The notes below the pieces were generated by a model. The model ran no database searches. It was not told the DNA's origin and worked only from the letters and a program-made list of their open reading frames with translations. This document shows, piece after piece, positions 39,213-57,968 of a stretch of 64,000 nucleotides of DNA; position 1 is the first letter of the stretch, and every line of letters starts with the position of its first letter. The DNA comes from Protoeuglena noctilucae (lineage: Eukaryota): assembly GCA_958009085.1 (NCBI GenBank), contig OY253669.1, positions 1,612,001 through 1,676,000 on the forward strand. The letters are read 5' to 3'. A program made the position numbers and the translations under genes.

Positions 39213-40755
39213 TCAGGGCTTGAAGTCGATGGAGACCCCCAGCTTGGCGTCCCCGCCCTTGAGCGCGTTGAACTGGCCGCACGCGGTGGCCGTGTGCGGG
39301 CCCAGCTTGCTCTCCGTCGCCAGCTCCAACACGCCCTTGGTGCTGACCTTGGCCTTCATCTTGAGCGCACCCGAGTTCCACTGCGCCCCCGTCGCCGCCT
39401 CCAAGCCGCCGCCCGACAGCTTGTACTTGAGCTCGGCCGCCACCGCCACGTTGCGGACCTGGCTCGACACCAGCGCCCGCACCGTGGCCAGCTGGTCCTC
39501 GGCGAAGACCGAGACCGTGTGGTCCTTGTGCGCCCACCCCGCCCCCAGCGCGTACTTGCTCAGCTTGGCTGATGCCGTGTCGAACGTCGCCGTGCCGCCC
39601 ACGAGCACCTCGGACAGCTTGGTGGAGGCCGTGATGTCCAGCTTGGGCGTGGCCGTGAGCGCGGACACGAACTTGCTGTTCACGAGGCCGTTCCCGTACT
39701 GCGAGGGCGGGAGGAGGGGGCGCGATGGGGCACGGCCGCACGCCCCCCGCGCTCTGTCGCGCCACGCCCCGCGATCGACGACGCACCTCCACCGTGCCCT
39801 TCAGCGACGAGGCATCCACGGGGTTCCCCGCCAGCACGAGCTTGAGGCCCTCCACGTCCCGATCGCCTGCGGGGGGCGGGGCAACGTCGCAGGGAGGTGA
39901 CGCGCCAGGCGCCCCGGCGTGCGGTGCAGGGAGCGCGCGCGGGGGTCGGACTCACGCGTCAGAGAGATGTTGAGGTCAGCCTTGTGGTTCAGCGTCACTT
40001 CGGCCTTGGCGAAGGTCTTGGCGAACGCCGAGACGGTGGCCTTGACCTCGTGCTCAACGTCCCCCCCCTTCTGCGTCATCGTCACCTTCGCGTCCTGCGG
40101 GCGACGCCGTTGCGTGCCGGGAGTGAGGGATCACGTGACCACGCGCCGGCGGGCACGCCGGGGCCCTCCCCGGCGCGGGCGGGTCGCCCGAGAGGGTCCA
40201 GAAGGGACCCGCGACCGCTGCGACCCGTGCGCGGGGGACGCCCGTCCTTAGCCCGACCAGCGGCTTCCCGACATCCCGTGGAAAATGCGTGGCGCGCTCG
40301 GCCGCAGCGCGGGCGCGCGAGGCGAGCGGACGACAGCTAAAGGCGCGAGCCCCCGTGGCGCCGCGTCGGATCCCGCGCGCGGGAGGTCCGCAGCGCGCGG
40401 GGTCGAAAATCCGTCGAGTGCGTGCCAAGTTCTCACCAAGAAGTCCAGGGAAGGCGCGGCCGTGGCCTTCCAACCGTACTGGTACCCCCCCAGCACATCT
40501 GCGGGCCGAGGGACCGAGCGCGCATTACCGGACGATCCGACACTCCCTCTCGCCGCCGCTCGGCGGGGGCGGGGGCCCCGAACGTGCCGCGCGGGGCGGC
40601 AAGACCCGCGCTGTGGTTGTTGGCGCCCAGCGCGAGCCCAGCGGCCCGTGGAGGGCCCCAGAAGCCGGTCAGGGATGAATTCCCCGCATTCCCGGCGCTC
40701 GCTCACCCTTCGCCTTCTTCCCGATGTCGGTGTAGGCGGGGGGGACCTTCGACAT
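39213..40755 (-). CDS. VDAC: Mitochondrial outer membrane porin (VDAC), 5 exons
   Basis: MSKVPPAYTDIGKKAKDVL, GGTATFDTASAKLSKYALG, MKAKVSTKGVL, AKLGVSIDFKP*; about 270 aa. Confidence 0.92.
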
Positions 40756-41145
40756 GGTTGCCGCCGTGCTGAGAGGGCGCCGCGGGCTGGCTGGACCGGA
40801 GATGCGATGGGAGTCCGGCGAGAGGGGCTGAGGCGGCGCGGTCAGCGGTTCGGGTTTTGTCAGAACTGAAGTGTCACGACACCGCAGCCCGAGTGGCCGC
40901 CCGCCGACTTCCGCCGCCCCTCTCCCGCCCGCCGCCTCCGACATCGCGCCCTCCTTCCCTCAGCCACCGGTGGGCCCAGCCCCTTCCCCTCTGCCGGCCG
41001 CAGGTGCCCTCATCCACGGGGGGCACGCTTGCGGCGGGGCCCTGGCGTCCGCCATTCGCCCGTCTCGCCGCGATTTCGTCGACGCACCCCGTGACCCCGC
41101 CCTCCAGCCCGCCCCCGCGCAGGAGCGAGACATCGACCGTGGACC

Positions 41146-42176
41146 ATGGCCCCCCTGGCCGCGCGGGCCCGGGTGTCGGCGGGGTTTTCTCGTTCGGAGG
41201 TTTCGACGCGAAGGAGCGTGACTTGCATGGCTGCTAAGGGTGAGGCGGACGGGCCCCTCGGCTGCCAAGCACTGCTGCGGCCCTGCCGCGCGTGACCGGG
41301 CGTGGCTCGGTCACGGCGCGGTCACCCACGAGGGCGTGTGACCCCACCGGCGATCGGGGGACAGGCTGGGCGCCGGGAATCGCGCGCGGCGGCGCGGGGG
41401 GATGGGATCGAGCTGCCCACCAGCCGCGGCCCCCCGTGCCGCGCGTGGGGCGCCTCTCAGTTCCCCGCGGCTGCGCCCTCGCATCCAGGACTTTCCCACC
41501 CGCTTACGAGCGTCGTTGCTTGCCGCACACGCAGTGTCGCGCATTATCAAGCTGGCGCTGCCGGCAGGGAAGGCCAACCCCTCCCCGCCCGTGGGTCCCG
41601 CGCTGGGTGCGGCTGGTGTCAACATCATGGGGTTCTGCAAGGAGTACAACGCAGCGACGCAGGTGAGGCGCCGGCGTCCCGGGGACCCCAGGGAGCTTAC
41701 CGTTGCGACGTTTGTGTCGCCGCCGCGGCCCAGAGGGCCCGAGGCGCGGCCCCCTCGCGACACGCGCATGCGCAACTGCCACCCGTTGCTCTGACTCCCC
41801 CAGGAGAAGGTCGGGCAGGTCATCCCCGTCGTCATCACGGTGTACGAGGACCGCTCCTTCACGTTCGTGCTCAAGACGCCCCCGGCGTCCGAGCTGATCA
41901 AGGCGGCGGCGGGGATCAAGGCGGGGTCGGGCACGCCCCAGGCCAAGAAGGTGGGGTCCATCACCCAGGACCAGCTGAAGGAGATTGCGGCCACCAAGCT
42001 CCCCGACCTCAACTGCACCTCGGTGAGCGGGCGCAGCCGGGGCCGGGAGGCGTCGCGCGTTGCCCGGGGCGGTCGGAGGGCGAGCGCGAGCATGTGGCCG
42101 TTCGGACCCGCAGATTGAGGCGGCGATGCGCATCGTGGAGGGCACGTGCAAGAACATGGGCGTCACCGTGGCATGA
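41146..42176 (+). CDS. RPL11: Plastid 50S ribosomal protein L11, 4 exons
   Basis: Transit peptide [85 protein letters not shown]. Confidence 0.96.
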
Positions 42177-42541
42177 CGGAGGGGGCCTTAGCACAAGCGA
42201 GGAGACGGACGGGTTGATTGATTGATCTCTCGACAGTGGGAGGCGCGTAGACGTCCTCTGGGCTCGTGTGTGCGTGTGCTGCACATGACAGGGCCTCGTT
42301 TCGGCCCGTCGTGGACGCCCTTGAGGACTGGTGTCCTGTACGGGGTCTGGCATTACTTGTGAAGACGCGACTGCGAGGAGATCTTTGCCAAACGCTCTGC
42401 GGAAGAGCCGTGGGACCTGATAGACGTGTGTGCCCGCCGTCAACAGGCCTTTGCGCCCACTGCTTAGTCCGGGATCCTCCTCTCAAGTCACGGTCATCGT
42501 AAGCTTGTCGAGCAGCCTGCGGGCGGCTCGCTCCGGCAGCC

Positions 42542-44269
42542 ATGGCGTACTCGGAGGACGCGCGCGTGACGGCGCGCCTGCGTGCGTCGCCTTCCTTGGT
42601 TTTCCATAACTTGGCGATCCAGGGCGATCGCGTCTTGTACGCGCACATGGTGACTGCTCCGCCCGGCGCCGCGGCGATGACGGATGCCGCATCCGGGCCC
42701 CGGATGCAGATGCGCGCACATGGGCAGCCTCGATCCGCCCTCCCGAGGACTCATGCACGCTGCTGGGCTACGTAATCGCTTTTCGGAATGTGAAATTACC
42801 GCAGGATCAAGTGTGGGCCGTGGAGGTGGCTTCCTTGATGCGCGGAGGCGAGGAGACGAACGTGGACTCCAAAGGGCGCAAGATTGCCACGGCGAGTCTC
42901 TGCGCGGCTAAGAGTGGTACTATGCTGGTGTGTTCAGTCCGGTTGCCCCTGACACTGCGCAGCCGCGAGGTTTATCGGCGACGCTGCGTCTCCCGGGGAC
43001 CCCGCAGGCCCAGGAGATTTGTCAGATGCAGGCCGACCAGGCGGGGCGCGTCGTCAACCACATCTGCCCCATCGTGCTCTCAAGTGGGTCTTTCATCGCG
43101 CTGGCGACCACGCTGGGCGTCCAGGTCTTCGACGGCAGCGGCAAGGCCCTCAAGCTCTTCTGGCCCTTGCCGGAGAAGGTGCCGCCGCGCGCTGCCGACG
43201 AAGAGCGATGCGATTCGCCGCACACAGGCTCTTCTCCTCGCGTCCGTCCTGCATCGATCCCCATTTCATGATACCCGCGCCCGCAGGACGCCCCGGACCG
43301 GGCAGTCGAGCACGCGTCGACCAGCTGCTGCTGGGTGCGGGCCGCGAGCGGCGACGTGTGCCTGTGCGTCGGGTCCTCGAGCGGACGCATCTACGTCTTC
43401 GGGCTGGACGAGGGCGGGGCGCGCATGCCCCACATCGCCACGCTGGTGGACCAGATGGGCAGCTCCATCACGGCCCTCGGGTCGCACCTTCAGAGCCGCG
43501 GGGGGCGCCCATCGCCCGAAGACCCGGCCATGCTCCTCTCGGGCGACGACTCGGGGCGCGTCATCATGTACAGGTGGGCACTTGCGCCGGTCCCCGCACC
43601 TCGCATCGCAGTTGCGGGCGCGCCCCCACCCTGCCTTCTCGATGCACGTGTGGGCGGCACCCTGCCGCGCTTTCTTCTGCCTGTGCGGCCACTGCGTCTC
43701 ACGGAGCGCGCCCCTCGCACCGCCTGTGCAGCGTCCCTGACACCCGGTCCTTCACCAAGTGCGGGGAGCTGTCGGGGCGGACCATCTGCGTGGGCCTGGC
43801 GGCGCGGGGCGACCTGGCCGTCGTGGGATCGATCGACGGCGTCGTCAAAGTCTACAGCCTGTCAGCGCTGGGGCTCCGCGCTGAGGTGGTCGCCCACTCG
43901 CGCCTCATGTCGGCCCTGGGTGAGCGCGGGAGGGGCGCGGAACAAAGGCGCAGCGAGTGGTGGCTCATGGTCTGGTTGTCGCGTTTACGCAAACTCCTGG
44001 GGCACCCATCATTGGACTTCCTACCGCCCATGCTCCCTGCCCCCGCAGCGCTGCACCCAACCCGCGACGTGGTGCTGTCGTGCGGGGAGGACGCCACGGT
44101 GTGCGCTTGGACGCTCCCGACTCCCGGCAACGACGCCGTCCGCATGCTGCTCCAGGCCGTGTGGCAGAACTCGCTCCTGACGGGCGCGTGCTTCGCGGGG
44201 GACAACGTGGTGGTGGTGCCGTATGATCACGAGGAGGCGGCCGTGTACAAAGTCACGGGCACGTTGTGA
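42542..44269 (+). CDS. WDR54: WD-repeat protein WDR54-like, multi-exon
   Basis: N-terminal LRASPSLVFHNL, CVGSSSGRIYVF, AEVVAHSRLMSAL, VLSCGEDATVCAWTLP, LLTGACF...YD resemble WDR54. Confidence 0.75.
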
Positions 44270-44296
44270 GACGTGTCGTGAGACGTGTCGTGAGAC
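44266..44296. repeat. 12-bp tandem repeat (GTGAGACGTGTC x2.5) overlapping the WDR54 stop codon
   Basis: gtgagacgtgtc gtgagacgtgtc gtgagac. Confidence 0.85.
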
Positions 44297-44466
44297 TTGC
44301 GTGTCGTTAGAAGCGCAGGGGTGGGCAGGAGGGGGAATGAGGTGAAGCTCAGCGGCTGCAGCGGCTGCTTGCCCCAGCCACAGCCACGCCCTCTGCGGTG
44401 GGCGCGCTTTCGTGGTGCGATGGGAACTCTTGTTGCTTTGGCGCACTGGGTCGGTCAGAGAGGATC

Positions 44467-44495
44467 TGTAAAACGGAATCGCAGCGAACGTTACA
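44467..44495. promoter_or_regulatory. Facing TGTAA polyadenylation signals for WDR54 (+) and SMC3 (-)
   Basis: TGTAA at 44467-44471 (+) and TTACA at 44491-44495 (TGTAA on -), each about 200-230 nt downstream of its stop. UGUAA is the known chlorophyte poly(A) signal. Confidence 0.5.
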
Positions 44496-44721
44496 GGGGC
44501 TCTTGCAGCAATGACGCCTTGCAGAGAGCCACACTGTGGGCTCTGTAGCGTGGGCTTTGACAGGAATAGCCAGCTCTGAGCCTGATGGTGCGCGAGCCCT
44601 CTTTCACATGAAGCATGCCTCTGTCGCCATCTCCAATCTACCAGTATCTCATAATGATAGCAAGACAAAGCGCGCCGCAGCACAGGCCCCGTGACGCATC
44701 CGCAAACGCCATCCCTAATGC

Positions 44722-51959
<7,238 letters not shown>

Positions 51960-52416
51960 GGTCCGCGAGCCGCTAATGGATGGGGAAGGTATCCCTCATC
52001 TCACGAAAACTCCTCAGGAGTCCCAGGCCATGCGTCCTGTCCCTGCTGTTGGTTTCCCGACAATGCCAGCCCCTTCCTGCGGCGTATCCGATGATATCCT
52101 TGCTCGATGACGTCACCAACGGCACCGTCGACTACATAAGTGCGCTCAGGCCGGGGCACACGCACCTTTTCCGCGACCCAGGAGTTCCTGCAAGGCCTCT
52201 TCTCTGGCACGATAGGGGTATCGTCCCGGCTCTCCCTCCTGGCATCTCGCGGTGCCCGAGGGACGTTGCGGAGAGCGCAAGGGTTTGTTGCGTGACCTGT
52301 GGAGGCCCACTGGCGCCGCGGCCGGGGGAGTGGTGCGCGGCAGAGACGGAACTCGCGCACCCGCCCCTGGCCGACCCCTCGCCGCGCATCTGGCCCAGAA
52401 CACGCCGCCCACAGCG

Positions 52417-55137
52417 ATGGCGGGCAGCGACGACAACGCCAGTGATGTCGAGGCGCGCCTCGGCCGCGCCTTCCGTGCATTCTTCACGAGGCAGGCACGT
52501 CCCCGCTGCTCTGCTGTGTTGTGTTTTGGACCTGCTCTCTTCTCCGCGCCAGCACACTCACAGCTTCCGATGTACCGTCGCAGGCGCTCGCTCGTGTGGT
52601 GTCCTTCGCCCTCAACGCAGCCGTGGCGCGGCAAGTGGGGCCGGGTGGCGCTGCGCTGCTCACTGTGCAATACCCGCTGCTCCTCAACTCGATCCTCTAC
52701 ATCTCCCGCGAGGGGTTCCGCAAAAGCTGCATGCGTCTCGGGTGAGCGCCGGCGCTGGAACCGGGCCCAAGACGGATCGGGCCACTGCGCCAGACCGATG
52801 GGATGCGGGGGGCCGCTTGTCCCTGCAGGGACCCAGAGCTGGACAGGCGCCACCCCGGCACGTCGCACACGTCGCGGGTGCTGTCGCTGGCGTGGCTCGT
52901 GGTGCCCCTGGGCCTCGTATGGGGCCTGGTCCTGTCGGCGTGCGCCGTCGCGTGGGAGGGAAGCCTCTCATGGCGCCCCTGGGTGTCCCCGTCCGCGCTC
53001 CCCTCGCTCTCCTGGACACCCTTCGCTGCCGGCGTCGCCATGTACTATGCAGCCGCGGTGGTGGAGCTCTGTGCCGAGCCCCTCCACATCCTCGCCCTCG
53101 CGACCGGGTGACCCCTGGCGTGCCGCTCGCACCTCTCTGTCACAACGGCGGCAGCTCTGCGCGTCGCTGGCACGCAACCCACTTGCCGGCAGATTGGCCA
53201 GCCTAGCGTAGTCGCCCTGTGCGACTGCCAAGCACCTGTGGACTAGACAACCCCGACCCTGCCATGCAGGTCTTTCGCCCCGGTCATTTGGTGCGAGGTC
53301 GTCGGGTCTCTCGCCAGGAGCGCCGCGATTGTCTTCGTCTCGCGAGGAGGGGCGGGGGCGCATGCGGTCCCAGTGGCAGTGGCGGCGGGGCTGGGGCAGC
53401 TGGCGTTCGGGGCATCGGTGCTCGCCATCCACGTCGCCTTCCGCATGACGGGTGCGCGTGGGTCGCACCGCTCAACGAGCCTGCCGCTCCATCATGCCCC
53501 GGCACCGTGGCATGCACCGTGGATCGATGCAACGCACTGCGTGTGCGTTGCACCCACCGGCTGCATCTGCCACGTGTGCCTTGACTGACATTTTAGATCC
53601 AACACGTTCCCTTGCCGCGGCCCGTGCGCAGACCTTCCTTGCTGGGTCGCGGCGTGGTGGATGGGCAAGGTCACCGCCTTCCGGCCCCGATGGGCGCTCT
53701 CCATGCTGGCATCCTTCGGAGTCCAGTCGGCAGGAAAGCACGTTCTGGCCGAGGGCGAGAAGATCGTGCTGCTGACCGTGGCGCCCATGCCTCCGGCAGA
53801 CCAGGGCGTGTACGGGCTCGCCAGTAACCTCGGCTCGCTGCTGGTCCGGATGGCATTCACCCCATTGGAGGAAAGCGCCTTCCTCGCCTTCTCGAGCAAG
53901 TGCAGGCGAGGAGCGCTTTCTGACCAGTCGCTGGAGCGAGTGTGCCACAGCGAAAGCACAGTTGTGGCACTCGCTCTTTAGCAATGCGCCCGTCTTGCAT
54001 GGATGAGCGTGGTGGCTAGCGTTGTGCCGCAGGGCGCCGAAAGAGCCGGAGCGCGCGAGGGATGTGCGTAGCGCAGTCGCGGCGGCCGCCGATGGCAACG
54101 GCGCAAGCACAAGTGCCCAGAGCGCTGCGGGCGCCACCGAGGGTGGGACGGGCGCAACGGGCGAGGCATTCGGCGACGACTTGGGGGCCGCTCTGGGTCT
54201 CTCTTCGCGCCTCGTGGGAACGCTCTCCCTGCTCGCCACGGCTCTCGGCCCGCCCCTGTGCTCTCTGGGCGTCCATGTCCTCTACGGTGCCGTCTGGCGC
54301 AACACAGACCTCCCGGCCGTGCTTGCGTGGTACTGCTGGTACCTGAACGTCCTGGCGATCAACGGCATTGCGGAGGTGAGCGGAACGCTCTCGGCGCGGC
54401 GCACCCTCAGCTGCATGGCACGCACCCTAGGCTGCATGGCACACCACCCCAAGCGTAGCGTGGTTCGTCGCTGACGTTAGGACGTGTGCCTTTGCTGGCG
54501 TGCACGCAGGCCTTCCTGCACGCGACAAGCTCGCCCCGGGACCTCCACTGGTCCAACGCGGCGCTTGCAGTCTTCTCCGCCGCGCACCTGGGCGTATGCG
54601 CCCTGCTCGTGCCCGCGCTCGGGGTGCGCGGGGCGCTGCTGGCGGGGGCTATCAACATGGCCATGCGCATCGCGTGGTCCTTCTCGTTCGTCACGCGGGT
54701 GTACCGAGGCCGGCAACGCGCGTGGCTGGCGTCTGCCCTCCCGTCCGGAAGGCTGCTTGTGTCCCTTGGTACAGCCGCCGCCGTCCTCCGCATTTCAGGT
54801 GACATGCGGCGCCCTCACACCTTCCGCGACGCCGGGACTGCTGTAAGCGTGTCCTCAACGCCCACTCACGCGCCTGGCTGTCACAGAGTGGGCCACTGCT
54901 GGTCACCTTGCTACTGCAAATGGGTTGTCAGCACCTGTGGCGGGCCTGGTCGAGTGGCTTCGGGCCAGCTGGCTTGCCTCGACTTTCTCCCGGTCATGGC
55001 TCGCGGCAAGGGTCGTCTCGCGACTCGGGAATGCGTCGGGTGCGGTGCTTGCCCACGGAGCGGTGGCCGCCCTTGTGCTGCCAGGGACCCTGTGGGCGGT
55101 CCTGGCAGATGTCCGGCGGGCACGGCGCGCGACGTGA
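52417..55137 (+). CDS. RFT1: RFT1 (Man5GlcNAc2-PP-dolichol translocation protein), multi-exon
   Basis: QALARVVSFALN, LLLNSILYISREGFRKSC, VELCAEPLHIL, KHVLAEGEK, DQGVYGLASNLGSLLVRMAFTPLEESA, YCWYLNVLAINGIAEAF, AGAINMAMRI. Confidence 0.93.
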
Positions 55138-55588
55138 GTTGGATGTGGGCGGTTGGTCGCTCTCACTTCGGGTCTTGGGGCTGAGTATAACCTTCTGGCG
55201 CCGCATCTGGCGCAGTCTCTGCGACTCTGCTAGTGTTTTTTCTCCGGATAGTTATTGAAAGCTGTGAGATTTCACTGAAAAGCGCCTTGCTGGGCTTCAG
55301 CGTTTTTCGAGGTGAGGCGGGGCGGGAGAAGACCAATCGACGATCCCGGTCGAGCGGCCTCGCAGCTGCACTGAGAGCGACAACGTCGATGCCATTGGAC
55401 GTGTCTATCTCTTATAAAGTTGTCTGCGTCGACAGTTCATGTCGGGAACCCCAAGCCGGACCAGAACGGCGGTGCCTCGCTTGGGCCCGGACTCCCGCGT
55501 CTCCAGCCCCACGAGGCGCTTGGAAAGCAGCGAACCACTCAGATAATCACCTTATCATCCCGCGAATCCCAATGTAATCGCAGGAACC

Positions 55589-56350
55589 ATGCCGTTCTGC
55601 CTGATATCCGGCACGTTCGTGCCGGACAAGTCCAACATCTGGCGCGACTGCGTGGATGGCTACTACGACTGGGTCAAGGTGCAGCGCTTTGAAGACAGCT
55701 ATTCCATGAAGCCCGCGGGGTCGGGCACCCCGCAACCCGCGTGCAGGCTTCGCATCACGGAGTCACGCTGCCCACGGGCGTCGCCCGCTTCTCTCTGCAG
55801 GAGCACATTGAGGAGGGCGCCCCGCTGAACGAGCCCGACCACTGCAGGGATCCTCCGCTGCTCCTCGCGGCCGGCGGCGGCCACCTGGCCTGCGTGCAGC
55901 TGCTGGTGGAGGAGGGGGCGGACCTGGACCAGCGCAACGTGGTGGGCGAGAGCCCTTTGATCCGCGCGGCCCACAACGGCAAGCTACCCTGCGTCGAGTA
56001 CTTGCTGGACGAGGGCGCGGACGTGAACGCCATCGACATGGGCGACAACACGGCGCTCCACTGGGCCGCCATGCGGGGCCATGTGGAGATCGTGAAGCTG
56101 CTCCTCACCCGCGGTGCCGACAAGGCGAGACCGGAGCGGAGCTGGCAGCGAACGGCGACGTATGACGGCTGACGTTGCATACTGTCACACGACACGGGGC
56201 TGCGTCGTCGCCATGGCCGGGTGCTGATAGCTTCCACCCGCCCCCCCGCAGACGATCACGAACAAGCAGGGCAAGATGCCCATCGACCTGTGCCAGGCGC
56301 AGTGGTCCAACGCGTGGAAGTTCACCCGGCAGGTGCTCAGCGCCTTCTGA
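55589..56350 (+). CDS. Small ankyrin-repeat protein, 3 exons
   Basis: PPLLLAAGGGHLACVQLLVEEGAD, SPLIRAAHNGKLPCVEYLLDEGADVNA, TALHWAAMRGHVEIVKLLLTRGADK|TITNKQGKMPIDL. Confidence 0.92.
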
Positions 56351-56594
56351 TTGACTCCGTCTGCGCTTGCCGCTCTTCTGTCGAGTCTGTTGAACGAAAT
56401 GCGCCGCGCTTCAATCAGAAACTGCTAGGCACCCGGCAGTGGAAAACGGAGAGCTGCGGGTGGCGAGGCGGCAGATATGGCTGCAGCACCGACGGCACCC
56501 CAACCGAACCTCCCCTCGGTCGGGCGCACGAGGCGCTCGTTGCCCTGACGCGCTAGACAAAAAGCTCCAGAGGTGTGTTCCGCCTCCCGCGCCA

Positions 56595-57724
56595 TCAGAA
56601 GAAGACCTTGCACGTCCCGCTCTCGAGCACCAGGATGACCGCCATTGCCACCATGGCGATGCGCCCGTTCTTCAGCTCCGCCTCGGGAGTGAAGGGCCCG
56701 AAGGCCTCGTCGTCCTTCACGTTCCTCAGGATGGGCACCTGCAACGCGCGCGCGGCGTCCAGAAGGGTGACGCATGGGCAGGGGCCGAGTGCAGGTGCGC
56801 CCTCGCCACCGTCCGAGCCTCACCAGAGAGCCGTAGGTGATGAGCCCGACCAGGGCGGCGACGCGGATGGGGTCGAACGCGAAGAGCTCCACCATCGTCT
56901 TCCCCGTCCAGATCTCAGACACGAGCGCGTGCACGAACCCGAGCATGGCTAGGCGGGCGTTGATGATCTCCGGCGCCTGCGGTCAAGACCATCGGCGCAG
57001 CTTCGCGCGACGGACATGAGCTGAATTCGAATTTCTCGCGAACCGACCGGCAGCGGCGGTGGCACGGACCTTGCCATTGAAGGCCATGACCTCCACGAAG
57101 GAGGGCCCCTTCTCCGCCTTCGCCGTGTAGCGCAGCGACTCGGTCGGCGACACGATCGTCGGCTCCTTGATCGTCTTCATCGCCATTGGCTCGCTGCGAC
57201 CGGGCGAGGGTCCGCGAATCTCGGGCGCTCGGGATGCCCAGCGAGCCCAACCCGTGGCTGCAGGGCTCGGGCGCGCGAGGGCCGCCGGCGCCCCCTCCAT
57301 CCGCGCCTCCCACGCTCACCTCGACGTCGACGTCTCGGTCTTCTCGACCGTCTCGGTGGACGTCGCACGGCAGACGACGGAGGGCCGATGCGCGACGCTG
57401 CGCAGGCGGGGCCCCGCCGCGCAGGCCGAGGTAGCCTGGGGGAACGGCGGGGCCGAAAGAATTGGTGGTTGACGTTCTAGAGTGCCAGAGCGACTCGCGG
57501 GGAGAGCTGCGCGAGCGCCACGCCGCGGGGCAGCGCCGTGGCCTCGATCCAGGCGAAACCACCTCCGGCCGCCGCTGGCCCGAATCGGCCCTCGTAAGCC
57601 CCTTGAGTCGCCACTAGCGGTCTCGGGGAAGCCAAGAGCGCGCGAAACAGGTGCCGCCGGCGCCCCGCGACGCCGCCGGGGGCATGCATTTGGGGCCCCA
57701 GAACCTCACCAGCAGTGCCGCCAT
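56595..57724 (-). CDS. ELIP: Early light-inducible protein (ELIP/CBR, LHC-like), 5 exons
   Basis: VMAFNGKAPEIINARLAMLGFV and FGPFTPEAELKNGRIAMVA chlorophyll-binding helices; transit peptide MAALL|ATSACAAGPRLRSVAHRPSVVCRA. Confidence 0.9.
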
Positions 57725-57837
57725 TTCTCGCGGAGTGCACCGGCGACGGCAGAGGCGAGCGGAAGCTCCTTATTTCAACGTCTGCGTCGCTACCGTCGAC
57801 CGAGGGTGGCGTACGCCCCAATTCGGAGCCGGGACGG

Positions 57838-57846
57838 AAACCCTAG
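57838..57846 (+). promoter_or_regulatory. Telo-box (AAACCCTA) upstream of eIF3b
   Basis: AAACCCTAG about 125 bp upstream of the eIF3b ATG. Telo-boxes are known elements of plant translation-machinery promoters. Confidence 0.5.
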
Positions 57847-57968
57847 TGCCAGCCGAGGGGTTTCATCCGCGAGGCCGTGCGCGCCGCCCGGAGCGCCTCC
57901 CTGTCCTTTCACTCGGCCATTTCTGGGCACTTCGCATCCAAGGGAGGGGCAGCAGGGGTCTGGGTGGC

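Noticed and set aside
41227..41240. RPL11 apparently lacking a transit peptide (bacterial-like MAAK start, possible HGT)
   Set aside because: An in-frame upstream ATG at 41146 encodes a typical transit peptide, and the gene has spliceosomal introns.
44266..44296. Direct repeats resembling CRISPR or a transposon target-site duplication
   Set aside because: A simple contiguous 12-bp tandem repeat without spacers or an element body, in a eukaryotic context.
52108..52115. TGACGTCA palindrome (bZIP C-box) in the SMC3/RFT1 promoter
   Set aside because: A single 8-mer that could arise by chance; no supporting evidence.
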